From contig OX597816.1 in assembly GCA_951406725.2 (NCBI GenBank), positions 121,024,001-121,088,000 of the forward strand: a stretch of 64,000 nt of DNA. Direction: 5' to 3'. The notes below the pieces were generated by a model. The model was not told the origin of the DNA and did not search any database. It saw nothing but the letters and a program-made list of their open reading frames with translations. This stretch comes from Octopus vulgaris. Lineage: Eukaryota. Position numbers and translations under genes: made by a program. This document shows, piece after piece, positions 1-13,551 of this stretch. How positions within the stretch are numbered: the first letter of the stretch is position 1; each line of letters begins with the position of its first letter.

Positions 1-164
1 TTCATGCACATTGAGCGAGAGAGCGTGTGTGGGATAGCCTGGGGCCCATGAATCTATAGTGATGTCTTTCTGCGTGGTTTTACATTGTTTTGCAAACTAT
101 CAATCTTCACTCATAACATTGAGATCGATCCAAAACCATGGCAGGTACAACAAACAAAACGACG

Positions 165-630
<466 letters not shown>

Positions 631-868
631 CACATAGTCTGTGCATACATCCATAAGAAATTTTATTAAAATCTCGCGCTGTTAAAACTGGAAGGCGAAA
701 AGGAGCGACTGGAACATGGAAAACAATAGGAAGTGTTGTGTCAAGCCTCCTGTGTTTCAACAATGAATAATAAATGGAAGTTATTAGTGTAGAACTAAAG
801 CAGAAATATGATTTAATCATTTACTTCAGTTTTGATAAATATATGGGAGATAAGAAGTTTTATATAGA

Positions 869-1022
869 CATACATACATACATACATACATACATACATA
901 CATACATACACACATACATACACACACACACACGTATGTGCGTGTGTGTGTATGTGTGTGTGTATATATATATATAAGTACATACATATGTGTATATATG
1001 TGTACATATGTGTACATATGTG

Positions 1023-1100
<78 letters not shown>

Positions 1101-1150
1101 TACAAATATAATATATATACATACATACATATAAACATATATATATAAAC

Positions 1151-1182
<32 letters not shown>
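869..1182. repeat. (TACA)n/(TA)n compound microsatellite
   Basis: Direct inspection. Confidence 0.95.
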
Positions 1183-1215
1183 CTTTTACTCTTCACTCTT
1201 TATATACATATATAT

Positions 1216-1422
1216 ATTCTTTACTGCCCACAGGGGGTTAAACATAGAGGGGACAAACAAAGAGATTAAGTCGATTACATCGACCCCCGTGCGTAACTGG
1301 TACTTATTTAATCGACCCCGAAAGGATGAAAGGCAAAGTCGACCTCGGCGGAATTTGAACTCAGAACGTAGCGGCAGACGAAATACCGCTAAGCATTTCA
1401 CCCGGCGTGATAACGATTCTGC
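1216..1422 (-). mobile_element. SINE family A (tRNA-derived, Nin/Deu-domain-like core)
   Basis: Core 'gaccccgaaaggatgaaaggcaaagtcgacctcggcggaatttgaactcagaacgt' repeated many times in the window; box-B-like GAGTTCAAATTCC on the minus strand. Confidence 0.85.
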
Positions 1423-1567
1423 ACACAAACACATGCACACGCGCCCGCGCGCAGACATGTACACGCACGTATGTATACTCGCATATTCATACATGGATAA
1501 ATAACGCGTGCGTTCTCCCTCTCTCGCTTTCTCTCTCTCTTTTTATGTATATATATGTATATACATG

Positions 1568-1615
<48 letters not shown>

Positions 1616-1930
1616 CACCCACACACATGCATATACGCACATATACATACATACATGCACACATGTATATACACATACATGACACATGGACGTTAAATGA
1701 TGATGATGATGATGATAGTGATAGTGATAGTGATGATGTTGCTCCTGCTGATGATGGATGATTATGCTGTGTGTGTGTGTGGTGTTCCTGTATTCGTGTC
1801 TAGCTACATGTATATACATATACGTATATACACATACATAAATACATACATACGCGCATGCATACACACACATGCATACACAAATATACACACGTCGCAC
1901 ATACACGCGCACACTCACACACAAACACAT

Positions 1931-1966
<36 letters not shown>

Positions 1967-2011
1967 GCACACCCATACACAAACATAAGGACACACAGCG
2001 CACAAACACTT

Positions 2012-2057
<46 letters not shown>

Positions 2058-2122
2058 AAACAGCTTATATATATAAATCTATCGTCTCCTGTGTTGTTTA
2101 ATCTCCCTCGAGTTGACATTCA

Positions 2123-2159
2123 GCCTAGCAATGACGTCACAGTAAGTTTCCATAGAAAC
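2123..2159 (+). promoter_or_regulatory. Candidate promoter: CRE + RFX X-box
   Basis: Perfect TGACGTCA at 2132-2139, near-palindromic X-box GTTTCCATAGAAAC at 2146-2159, RFX-half-like CCTAGCAA at 2124; lies in a unique-sequence island ~135 bp upstream of an ATG exon. Confidence 0.55.
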
Positions 2160-2293
2160 GAGTCAAAACAACGGAGAGGCTAACAACAACACTGGCTGTT
2201 TAATTGCGTTTCTTTGACTGTGTTCTCTTTAATATCGCCAATCTACAGAAGAAATTCAATATAAGTTACTAACATCAACAGAGGACAAGAAAC

Positions 2294-2335
2294 ATGAGCA
2301 GTACAAATGTTAAGAACCCTTCACATACTACGACT
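2294..2335 (+). CDS. Candidate first coding exon of an unidentified gene (MSSTNVKNPSHTTT)
   Basis: AAACATGA start context, 14 codons, then donor-like GTATGG at 2336 followed by microsatellite-rich intron-like DNA. Confidence 0.4.
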
Positions 2336-2382
2336 GTATGGTTTGTTTACTTGTTCTTAACGTATAGTGTTGTTGTTTTTGC

Positions 2383-2418
<36 letters not shown>

Positions 2419-2466
2419 AGGCTGGATGAACGGGAGTGGGCGTTGGTTGGCGAAAGTGAATCTACG

Positions 2467-2499
<33 letters not shown>

Positions 2500-2609
2500 T
2501 TGGGCATGTATGTATATATATATATGCATGTTTGTGTACATAGTGTATGTTTGCATGTATGATCGTGTGTGTCATACATGTGTGTGTGTGTGTGCGTGTG
2601 CATGTTTGG

Positions 2610-2826
2610 GTACGTATGTGCGTATGTATGTATGTTTGTATGTATGTATGTATGTATGTATGTATGTATGTATGTATGTATGTATGTATGAATGTGTGCA
2701 TGTATGTATGTTTGTATGTATGTATGTATGTATGTATGTATGTATGTATGTACGTACGTATGTACGTACGTATGTATGTATGTATGTATGTATGTATGTA
2801 TGTATGTATGTATGTATGTATGTATG
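2610..2826. repeat. (TATG)n microsatellite
   Basis: Direct inspection. Confidence 0.95.
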
Positions 2827-3598
2827 AATGAATGTGTGCATGTGTGTGTGTGTTTGTGTGTGTGTATTTTTAAACACGTGTTGCGGTGCTCCAGCATGGC
2901 CGCAGTCAAATGACTGAAACAAGTAAAAGAGTTAAAAAAAGAGTAAATATATCGGAGGGAGACGAAAATCATTAGCAGCAGCTAGCAGAAATGCTAAGAT
3001 GTATTTCGAACTGGTTGGGCCTAAATGAGATTTATCGCCTCCGATGTAGAGGAAACAGTGAGTACACCATCCACATGTATTACAAATAGTTGCCCGGCTG
3101 ACTAAAACTCTGTCATGCGTAACTGAAGCAGTATTAAATTGAAATAGCCATCTAGGTATCATACTTAATGTATGATAGCATGTCTTATGGACATACTGTG
3201 TTTAAAAGCTCAATATATATTGGAGGGAAACAAAAATTGTCCCAGGAGTGGCACACGGGAACACTTGATGGATTTTGGCCTAGGTCTGCTTTATTAATGG
3301 CGCGTACTTACTACCAGTCACAAGCCTTGATTCGCAATTATGAGTGTTTTGGGTTCGATCCCACAACACGCCATCTAGAGCAAGTGTTTTTTACTATACA
3401 CACAGGTCGAGCTAAGTCTTGTGATTGGAACTGGGCAGACAGAAACTATGTGGAAGACCATTAGACGAATTGTACTCAGCCTTGCAAACTGCAGCCCATT
3501 TGACTTTCTTAATGACGCACCCATATTCAAGAGGAAAATAACGCTTATTAAAAAATTTAGTTTGTTTCATTTAATTCTCTCTTGTTTACCCCCTCTCA

Positions 3599-3639
<41 letters not shown>

Positions 3640-4049
3640 TTTCTCTCTGTCTCTCACCCTGTCTCTCTCGTACTCACAGAGAGTTTTGGGGAAACTAGTG
3701 TCAAAGGAGAAGAAATATTAAATGCATGACAAACCTTCTTTCCTTATAATCCCTGTTAAGTTGTGGCTAAACTAATCATAAAACTGAAAATATCTGCCAT
3801 CATTAAACATCCTTGTAATTTTCAACGTACCTCAAACTCAATTTGCAACAATTCAAACATTCAAGAGCTTTAAATTGGTATCTCTGCCCGCAGCAATCCA
3901 TCGACGAATGAAAATTATTGATTAAATACTCAATTTATTAGTCCATTGCTTATAACGAATTGTTACAATAATTCAACCACTGTAACTACAGATGTAAATA
4001 GTATGGTGGAGCGATGTTATATATTATTGACAGAACCTTACTTTCTACT

Positions 4050-5670
4050 TTAGTGAATTAAAAAAACAGACCAATTGGCTTAATATGGTATGAATCCACC
4101 TCCGCTTTTAAAGAATTTATTGTTAAGCTGCTGTAAGCTTCAAAACATCCGATTGCGATAAATTTAAAGGAGACATTGGAAAAAAGAAAATTGAAATCCT
4201 GAAGAAATAGATTTGTAGCCTATATACGCTTTTTTTATAAAAGACAGACAGAACTCAAGAAGTTTTTACATACAAACTATGTTGCAGGTTATGAAAAAGT
4301 TCGTAAACATTAAAAAAAATATTATGCCGATAGTGAATTAGTAAAAGAATGTCTTTTGGCAGTAACTAAATTTTTATTAAACGTTAGATATGTGTGACTA
4401 AGGGTAAAAGAAATTGCTGCAAATATCAAATGTATGTTGTCAGAAAAAAATAAGAGAATATAATTCCTTTTCACTGGATATCGACGGAAGCGCAGATATA
4501 TATATACATATATATCCGATTCGGTTAAACTTGTAATTTTCATACGTTGTATTGATAAATCATGTAATATCACAGAAGAATTACCGTTCAGACAATGAAA
4601 GGCATCATTGCATGATATAGCATTTATGATGAAGTGAAGAAAGCAACGACGATGTTGAATCTCCTGCTTGAGAGGATCGTCAGTGTAACAATATAAGGGT
4701 GGGGGGCACCAATGAGTGAGCTTTTAAGATAGGTTCTCTCCAAATTTAAAGACGATTTAACCTCTGAATTTGTAAAACAATGATTTTCCAGCGATTCATT
4801 GGATAATTCATCTTGAAAATTCATGTAAAATCTTTGTAAATTAAAAAAAAATTATGTATATAGTTATTTCAACTATAAATTTTATGCAATCTCGAGCACT
4901 TAATCATCGCCGTTTTAAACAGTTCTTAGAACTTGAATCGGAGGACGGAGATCCGGTTTATTACTATGCAGTTCGTTGGCTGAACAAATGGAAGAAGCTT
5001 CAACGGTTTTATAGCCTCTGAGAATCTGTATATGCCTTCTTAGGTTAAATTTGTCTCCTGGACTGAAAGATTATAACTAGATTTGTGACCTTGCATTCTT
5101 GTGCATATCACTAACCATTTAAAATCAGTTGTTTCATGGGATGTATTCTTATATCAAAGCTTTTGGGAGAATCAACTCAGGTCTGAAGGCGCTTTCGATT
5201 TTCCCACAGGATTTCTGAATACAACAGTTTTACCCGGAAGTTAAACTACTGAAAAATAAAAAGAAAGAAGAAAAGAGGACAAGAAAAAAAGAACTGAACA
5301 CTTGATTTAAGGTCTTCAAAGCTAGAAAAGCTGATTTTAACCTTTTTGAAATCCATTTAATGCCAACATTGAAAAAATAGCTGGAAATGGAAATAATGGA
5401 GCTCCAGAGTGATGAATTTCTTCGTAAAAAATTTTAAGAGAAATGTTTAACGCAGTTTTATGAAACTCTCGCTACAAGATATGCCTCTATGTTTGGTGTA
5501 CCTATAAACGCGAACAAATATTTTCTAGAATGAAAATAATTAAGTCGAACGCTAGGTCAAACTTGATAGATAGTCATCGCAAAGATCATTTACAAGTTAA
5601 ACATGGAGAATATCTGTACATATTGAAAAAGTTGTAGAAAAAATACAAAGCCGGGTTTCTCGATAAAATT
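4050..5670 (+). pseudogene. Degenerate hAT transposase (Charlie/SPIN/GTF2IRD2-like)
   Basis: Broken frames give VKECLLAV, NFMQSRALNHRRFKQFLE, YYAVRWL, ICDLAFL, ASMFG and EQIFSRMKIIKSNARSNL (dimerisation domain); many stops and frameshifts. Confidence 0.75.
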
Positions 5671-5857
5671 TGTGAGTTAAACGTTTCTAATTACGTCAGT
5701 AACAAATGGCATTGCTTACGGTTGATTTAGTCGCTACTGGCCCCTAAATAAACGTTATAAATCCATTTCAGGTGAAGTAGCAAGAAGTATATATAGTTTT
5801 GAGGTGAGTTTAGCATTTAAATATAAGACTGATTTATATACTGACAATTTTCATATA

Positions 5858-5938
5858 GAGTTTCACGATCCCGTTCGACAGACTGTTGTGAATCCCAACT
5901 GTCCGACGAACGGGAACGTGAAACTCAGAGTAGCAGTT
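5858..5938. ncRNA. Head-to-head hammerhead ribozyme-like pair
   Basis: Plus: AACTGT-CCGACGA-ACG ggaa CGT-GAAA-CTCAGAG-TA-GCAGTT (5897-5938). Minus: CAACAGT-CTGTCGA-ACG ggat CGT-GAAA-CTC (5888-5858). Confidence 0.65.
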
Positions 5939-6050
5939 TTTTGTGATATTTTTGTGATGTTGAAGCTTTAATAATAAAGCATATTACTCTACCTCCGGTA
6001 TTAGAGTACTATTTTTGCCAACCTTGTTTCACATTTATGTGCTTATTCTG

Positions 6051-6053
<3 letters not shown>

Positions 6054-6141
<88 letters not shown>
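6054..6141. repeat. (CA)n microsatellite
   Basis: Direct inspection. Confidence 0.95.
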
Positions 6142-6143
<2 letters not shown>

Positions 6144-6195
6144 TAAAATAATTTGTGTAAAAATCAATAAGAAGAATACTCCTAATGAGAGTCTA

Positions 6196-6350
6196 ATATT
6201 ATTATAAATGATTCATACTACATACAATATAATAATTTCACGTACATAAGTATGTTCATCAGGCGCTGATGAACGCACTCATGTACGTTAAACTATTAGT
6301 AGCGCATATAACATGTAGCATGAAACATTTATTGTAAGATATATATATAT
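6196..6350. ncRNA. Head-to-head hammerhead ribozyme-like pair in an inverted repeat
   Basis: CTGATGA on plus (6266-6272) and minus (6262-6256) around a central GCG(C); both are followed by an ACRYAC/GTACGT stem II; minus copy has GAAA, plus copy has TAAA-CTATTAG-TA-GCGC. Confidence 0.65.
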
Positions 6351-6352
6351 AT

Positions 6353-7302
6353 ACAGACATGACAGAAGTTAGTAGACACCCCATAAAACATCATTTTATG
6401 TTTATTCTCACTTGTAAAGGTTTATTACTTGACATTTTTATGCTTCAGTTTCTATATGTAACTGTTTAATCCTGCCATGTACAAAAGAAGCCTTGGAACT
6501 GTCTAAATTTCAAAGAGGCTGTATTGTGGATCATTCTGAAGATGGACATAGTAGCACGTAAAATTACAGAAAATCTTGGGATCCCGCTTTCTACAGTTAT
6601 TAGAATGATTGTGCAATTCACCAGAGAAGATAAGGAGTCCACATCACCTCACCCAGATCAACCAGGGCCTTCTGATAAGACCCTTCTCTTTGTTAAGAGA
6701 AGTGTGGAAGATAATCCTCATTGCAAGGCCTTTGACATAGCAGAACAAGTTGATGTCGGTCCTAGAACAGCTGTCAAGCATCTCCACAAACTTGGTTACT
6801 ATGGCAGGGCAGCAAGAAGGAAACCACTTCTTTGAACAGCCAACATCAAGCAGAGAAAAGATTAGGCCAATGAGATGGTGGAGAGGCCACTAGCATTTTG
6901 GAACACTGTCATATTCTCTGATGAATCCAGGTTTTCTATATTTCCTGACAGTGGTCGAGTGTGGGTCTGGAGACTCTGTGATCAAGAATTTGATGTGGAA
7001 AGATTGCAGCCATGTTTGATCAGAGCTGGTAGAGTGTGAGGGAAACATAAACTCAGATAAATATGTGCCTATATTGCAGAAAGGACTTCTTCCAATCTTC
7101 TCTAGACTCTTTATTTACGGAACATGGCTAAAATGACACAAGATTTGTTGGATGAGAATGACATTAAAAAGCTTTCATAGACAAGCCAGTTACCAGATAT
7201 GAACCCTATTGAACAGCTCTGGGACATAATGGACAGGACACTTCATAAAAAGAATAAGAAAGCATCTTCAAAGCCAGATCTTCTGAGATTATTGCATGAA
7301 AC
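6353..7302 (+). mobile_element. Degenerate Tc1 transposon, 3'-truncated
   Basis: Begins TA-CAG; HTH-like region ([20 protein letters not shown]), IFSDES and PDMNPIEQLW DDE motifs; stops and frameshifts. Confidence 0.85.
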
Positions 7303-7314
7303 TTGTTGTTGTTG

Positions 7315-7349
<35 letters not shown>

Positions 7350-7387
7350 TATTATTATTATTATTATTATTGTTATTGTTGTTGTTG

Positions 7388-7418
<31 letters not shown>

Positions 7419-7449
7419 TGTTGTTGTTGTTGTTGTTGTTATTAATATT

Positions 7450-9793
7450 GTCGCCATAGCTGGAGGTATGTTTTTGGAACGGTGTAAGTTTATGAGTAGT
7501 TTACTTGTTCAAAACGTTCTATACTGTATTCTGCTGTTTAAATCGTTTGCAAGCCGGCTACGCTTCCGGGGGTGGTTGGGTGGTTGGGGGCTGACGTTTG
7601 TTAACCAAAGCCCCATTTTCGGGGTGATACAAACCTTTTTGTTTTCAAATATCTTCGAAAATTTGCTTGGAAGAAAGTAAACATTGAAGATAGCGACGAA
7701 AAACGGGAATGAAGAAGGTACGGCAATTTTGACCGAGGACTTCCCCGTCCTTTCCTCCATGATTGGCAGTAGTCAACAGGAAGAGGAGGAGGAGGAGGAG
7801 TCAAGAAAAGAAGAAAGAAGATGAAAAGCAGACAGAAGGCGAGAGTAAGGAAGGTGTAAAGTCTTCCTCATTACATGGAAATTGTAGCAGCACGAAGAAC
7901 AACATTGAAAGCAACTGCGGCCTGAGTCTAATATCTCGTCGGAGAACAAAATAGAAAAACTAAACAAGGCAGCAAAATATATGAGCATGAATGGAAGGAG
8001 AGCAGAAATGACGCCTCGAAGTGACGCGCTTGAAGCAACAACCGAACGGACAGTTGTCTACAGGTGCGTGAACACAAAGACAAAGAAACTCGAAAATGCT
8101 AAACGCGACCAGGTAGAAAAAGCCTTGAAAGACATATGGTAAGATATCCACCACATTGCAAGAGCGAGGCAGTACGGCTGAGTAGAAGTCATTTTTAAGA
8201 CCGAGGGACAGGCGATACAGAGCTCGGTGACCGAGGAAATCGCCCTCTTCTCAACGTACATGGGAAGAAGGGCGGTATTCCACCAGGCCTAGATTTATGG
8301 TGGATTCTAACCTGTATTTCTACAGACGGGGAGAGAATCTCCTGGATGTTAAAAGATCAAGGACGGAGAATTGGGTTGGGACTACCTTGGAGGTTCTTCT
8401 CCATGTGAAACCAAACCAATTAGAGAAAGTCCCAGACCTGATTTCTCTCTCGAATGGAGTAGAACTAAGCGTGAACGTGGAGGGAAGAAGGCCGAGGTTT
8501 TACGACTGTTGTTCAACTGTCCACTTACAGTTTCTCTGCCTACCGAGCCAGAACAGAAAGGTAGACAGAAATGTCCAAACGAAAGCATCACAACCCATGA
8601 GTCGACTAGGAGAAGAAGAAGAAGAAGAAGAAGAAGAAGAAGAAGAAGAAGAAGAAGAAGAAGAAGAAGAAGAAGAAGAAGAAGAAGAAGAAGAAGAAGA
8701 AGAAGAAGAAGAAGAAGAAGAAGAAGAACAGCAGCAGCAACAACAACAACAACAACAGCAGCAGCAGCAGTAGAAAGGCAGGGAAATAGAAACAGAAATT
8801 GAACCCAAGGAGACAAAACTGGCAGGTGTTACAGTAAAGGTGGCAGTGGGGAGTAGCACCAGCAGCAGTGGTGGAAGCTACAGTAGCAGGAGTAACAACA
8901 ACAACTATAAGAGAAACTGAACAAACAACACCAGAAGAAAACATACAAGACACGTACTCCTCCACACATCCAAGTGATGATGAGGGAGGAGCCTAAAAGG
9001 CAAAAAAAAAAAAAAAAAAGAAAAAAGAAAGCGACACAGAAAAAAGGGAGAAATCCAAGAAACGGCAAACAGACACATTGATGATAACACCAACATTACA
9101 AGGACAACAATCACCAACACCATCACAAACACCCACAACACCCATAAACACCCACAACAGAATCAAAAACACAACAAACATTAAAAACATTAAATGTCAC
9201 TACTACAACAACAACCATCCGCGCAAGTAGCGGAATTTCGTGCTAGTGAGGAGGGTCAATGAAAAGCTGATGGCTCTCACAGCAAAGAACGAGAGCATTG
9301 AAACAGAGGGGGTGATCTGCAGCCCCAGCACTTTTAGAGTACAGGAGAGCCTAATGATGGTGCGAATGACATTAGAGACTTGTACGAGTATTCCTCTTTG
9401 GTCAAGGCCTCATTGACTTTTTCAGGTTCCACCTGAAATGGAAAGTGGGGCTGGAGAGGGAGGTACTGTCACCCAATAAGTTCGTTGAAAGGTGGGTGAA
9501 TGTGACAAGAATGCTCCGCTGGATTGGGCCTGCTCTAATTGTGCGCCTGTAAGCCGGATGGAAAGGAGAAGACAGGGTGCCTTCCTGAGGAGCCGTTCGT
9601 GTTAAGGGGTGCAAAGCGCTTCAGGTCTCTTCGGTTACCTTGCAGCGGAACTCGCCCCTATTTGGGAAGCATATTTTTGATTTAGTCTCTTTGTTAATCG
9701 TTGTTTTTGTATGCTGTTTACACGATTAACATCACTGTGCCTCGTTTGTGAATCGTCCTCTGTTTTGTGTTCGGCCCAGATGGCCAATAAAGA

Positions 9794-9796
<3 letters not shown>
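7450..9796 (+). mobile_element. Internally deleted L1/Tx1-like LINE
   Basis: ORF1-like VEGRRPRFYDCCSTVHLQFLC (degenerate CCHC knuckle), low-complexity (GAA)n/(CAG)n linker, ORF2 C-terminus FFRFHLKWKV..ERE..KFVERW, AATAAA then (TTA)n tail. Confidence 0.6.
8610..8770. repeat. (GAA)n then (CAR)n trinucleotide repeat
   Basis: Direct inspection. Confidence 0.95.
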
Positions 9797-9861
<65 letters not shown>

Positions 9862-9863
<2 letters not shown>

Positions 9864-10640
9864 TCTTTTTATAACAGGTTTAGTTGAAGCTCGTGGGAAA
9901 CTTGCATGCGTTGCGGATTTACTACCTGCAGTTTACGGCACCGTGCTATCCATTCTTTTCAGCTTTCTAATACTTTCCTGATTATTCCGGCCGTGCCAAG
10001 GAGGCAAACCTTTTGTAACAATTCTACTGGATACTCTATTCCAATTTCCTTGATATTCCTCTTGATGTCTTCTAATTCTGTTCCCAAGAATCCAACAATA
10101 ATTGGCACTATCTTCACCTTCTTCATTTTTCATAGCCGGGCTATTTTGTACTTAAGAGGGTTGTATCTATCCCTTCTTGATTATTCGTGGGTCAAAGAGG
10201 CATGCAACATCAACAATATAACATACGTGGTGCACCTTGTCCACCACCACTAGGTCCGGTCTGTTATGCTCTAGCACCTGATCTGTTTGGATTGGAAAAT
10301 TCCAGATGATTTTGCTAGTCTCCGACTCCGCCACTCTCTGCGGTTTGTGCTCATGCCACGTCTTGCCTCTCTCTGGCCCCACTTTTCGCGCAGTTTCCAA
10401 TGTAACACTTTCACTGCCTGGTTGTGTCGCCACAACTTGTAATGGTTTGGGGCAAGTCTAGGGCATTCGTTCATGATATGGGCAATGGTTTCATCCACTC
10501 TATTGCAGTTGCAACAAAGCGGAGACACTTGCTCATTCCCAATGTTGATCCTCCAGTTCATGGCCAAAGCTTGGTCTTGTGCTGCCAATATAGTGCTCTC
10601 GGTCTTTTTTAAGCTTCCTTTCATCAGCCAATCCCAGTTT
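9862..10640 (-). mobile_element. R4/Dong-clade LINE 3' fragment (zinc knuckle + restriction-like endonuclease)
   Basis: ILAAQDQAL, CCNC...ETIAHIMNEC, RHNQ, HNRPDLVVVD..IVDVA motifs; 3' end abuts (TAA)n. Confidence 0.9.
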
Positions 10641-10746
10641 TTGTCCTGTGTTTTTGTCCCTTTATGTTTTAATTGATTTTTATTAGCCCTTGTGGCCTAT
10701 AAACGAATGAATTATTATTATTATTATTATTATTATTACTTTTATT

Positions 10747-10940
10747 AAGGTGGCGAGCTGGACGAAATGCTTAGCGGTGATTCACCCGTCTCTCCGCTCT
10801 GAGTTCAAATTCCACAGCGGCCGACTTTGCTTTTCATCCTTTCGGGGTCGATAAATTAAGTACCTGTGAAACGCTGGGGTCGATGTTATCGACTCATACC
10901 CTTCGCCAAAATTGCTGCCCTTGTGGTAAAATTTCAAACC
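10747..10940 (+). mobile_element. SINE family A
   Basis: aaggtggcgagctgg head, gagttcaaattcc, catcctttcggggtcgataaa core; sits between (TTA)n tracts. Confidence 0.85.
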
Positions 10941-10953
10941 ATTATTATTATTA

Positions 10954-11015
<62 letters not shown>

Positions 11016-11566
11016 GTATTGTCGCTAGCTTTTTATTTCATCGTGTCAGTATTTTGAGACTTCTGATTTAAAAGCATAATAATCCTCCAAATCTTTTTAA
11101 AATTTTACTAATCGGGATAATCAACTTTATTAGCTTTTATATTTATTCATTGAGTGAATAAATGACAGTATAGCGATGCTTTTACGTACTTAATACATTA
11201 ATACAAAGACACTTAACATTTGTAGATAATCCTACTGCAATTTGTATTCAAGTGTATGTTACTAGTAAATTATTAATGTTGTTTTGATGTTTACTACTGT
11301 TACGATTTTTTTTTTTTTTTTAGTTGAACATACATACACACATACACATGCACATACATATATACATACATCTGTGTGTGTATGTTTGTACGCGCGCATG
11401 CGTTTGTCTGTTTGTTTGTTTGTTTGTGTGTATGTGTGTGTGTGTGTGTGTGTGTGTCTGTAAACGCGCACGTGTGCATTTATCTTCTCTTTTATCCGCT
11501 AGTGAGGTCATGCTGGAGTAACGATTTTCCGTGTGATTGGCTTTCTTTTTTGTTTTGATTCTGGTG

Positions 11567-11569
<3 letters not shown>

Positions 11570-11602
<33 letters not shown>

Positions 11603-11737
11603 GTACATATACGTATATATATACGTACATATATGTATATCTACGTATATGTACACACACATAGATATGCATTTATATATATATACACACACACATAAAC
11701 ATATACACTTATATACATATATATACATATCTACCTA

Positions 11738-11825
<88 letters not shown>

Positions 11826-11949
11826 CTTCTTAAAATGTGAAGACTCTTGACTTTTCATTCACCTTGTGTACGTGCGAGCCTGTACATACATATAAAAATA
11901 CATAATACATACATACATACATACATACATACATACATACATACATACA

Positions 11950-12023
<74 letters not shown>

Positions 12024-12054
12024 CATATACACATATATATATATACATATATAC

Positions 12055-12085
<31 letters not shown>

Positions 12086-12141
12086 CATATGTAAACATAT
12101 ATATATATATGTGTGTGTGTGTATACACACATATACATTTG

Positions 12142-12175
<34 letters not shown>

Positions 12176-12310
12176 CTCATATATATCTATATATATATAT
12201 ATATATACTCATATATATCTATATATATATATGTATGTATGCATGCATGTACGTAAGTCAGTCTGTATGTATGTATCTATGTATGTATGTATATATGTAT
12301 GTACGTACAT
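11570..12310. repeat. Compound (TA)n/(TACA)n microsatellite field
   Basis: Direct inspection. Confidence 0.9.
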
Positions 12311-12915
12311 ACGTACGTTTGTGTGCCTTAGCTCACTGGCAAACGTATAGGAACGCCTTTATGTAAATAGCTGGAAATGTATATTTTTGTGTGTATGTTT
12401 AGATAAAAAAAGAAAAATTTACTTCCCATGACATGGGCAAAGTTCATCAAATTTCCACCAGGTTAGTATTTTTTTAATGAGAAATCCGCTGACAATCCTG
12501 AGTTTTGGAGCATATGTATAGGTTAGGTTCATAAGTAAGGTGGTGATAGTGGGGTGGTAGTGGGTGGCATGTAGTTCATAAACAAATAAATACTGACTTC
12601 TCACCTAGACAAATTGCCGCCTTTTGGAAATGAACTATTTCGTGTGAACAAATTTTGTTCCACAGAACCTGATGTAGAATTTCTTACGTTTATACGAACA
12701 CTTTTAAGAGAGATTTGGATAACTCATCTTCTTTTGTACTTTTGTAAAAATAATGTAATGCTATCTCTTCTAGAATTCCAATGCAAATTATTTGTTATTT
12801 TCTGCTGCTGTATTATATTACCGATTTTAGGATTCGTGGCAAAGAATCGCTTGAAAGGGTTTCCGTTGTCCATTTTTTTTTTTTTGTTTTTGCAAAACCT
12901 ATACAATGCCTTGAG

Positions 12916-13165
12916 TGGAGGCGCGTGGCTTAGTGGTTAGGGTGTCAGCATCATGATTGTAAAATTGTGGTTTCGATTCCTGGACCGGGCGACGCGTTGT
13001 GTTCTTGAGCAAATCAATTCATTTCACGTTGCTCCAGTTCACTCAGCTGGCAAAATGAGTAACGCTGCGATGGACTGGCGTCCCGTCCAGCTTGGGAGCA
13101 CATACGCCATGGAAACCGGGAAACCGGGCCCATGAGCCTGACTACGCTTTAAAGGGGCGCATTTA
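12916..13165 (+). mobile_element. SINE family C (tRNA-derived)
   Basis: Box A TGGCTTAGTGG and box B GTTTCGATTCC; 'tttcacgttgctccagttcactc.gctggcaaaa' shared with 16130-16437 (-); a more degenerate copy at ~31480-31660 (-). Confidence 0.8.
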
Positions 13166-13329
13166 TTTATTTATTATACAATGCCTTGAACTAAGCCCCT
13201 TGCAAGCTGCTAAAGTCTTTGAGTTTTCACATTGATTTCAATGTTTGTTCGTCCAACTGGACGATCTATTAATTAATTCAAAGAAGTAACGTGAGAATGG
13301 GCTTAGACATTCCATAAACACATTTACTC

Positions 13330-13551
13330 TGTAGCGTTTAAACCAACCATATCTTGCCCAAATATTCTAAATGTTCTATGTTTAAACTGACCAGATATGA
13401 CCTTTCACACCTACCCTTCAATGTTGTTCTAAAATAAAATAATCACGTCATCTAAATCTCGAAGCAACGAGATAATGCATGATCAATGCAAACCAATGTG
13501 AATAAATAAACATTACATTTGACGAGAGTAATCTGAATGCTAAAGAGTTAA
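13330..13551. mobile_element. TTAA-ended (piggyBac/Kolobok-like) MITE
   Basis: Ends 'ctgaatgctaaagagttaa'; related copies at 35763-36517 (split by a SINE) and ~57720-57872. Confidence 0.5.

Noticed and set aside
6915-6930. CTGATGA match
   Set aside because: Encodes the Tc1 SDE catalytic motif; no ribozyme stems.
12916-12990. tRNA gene
   Set aside because: Box A and B are present but there is no intact cloverleaf, and the sequence continues into a SINE body.
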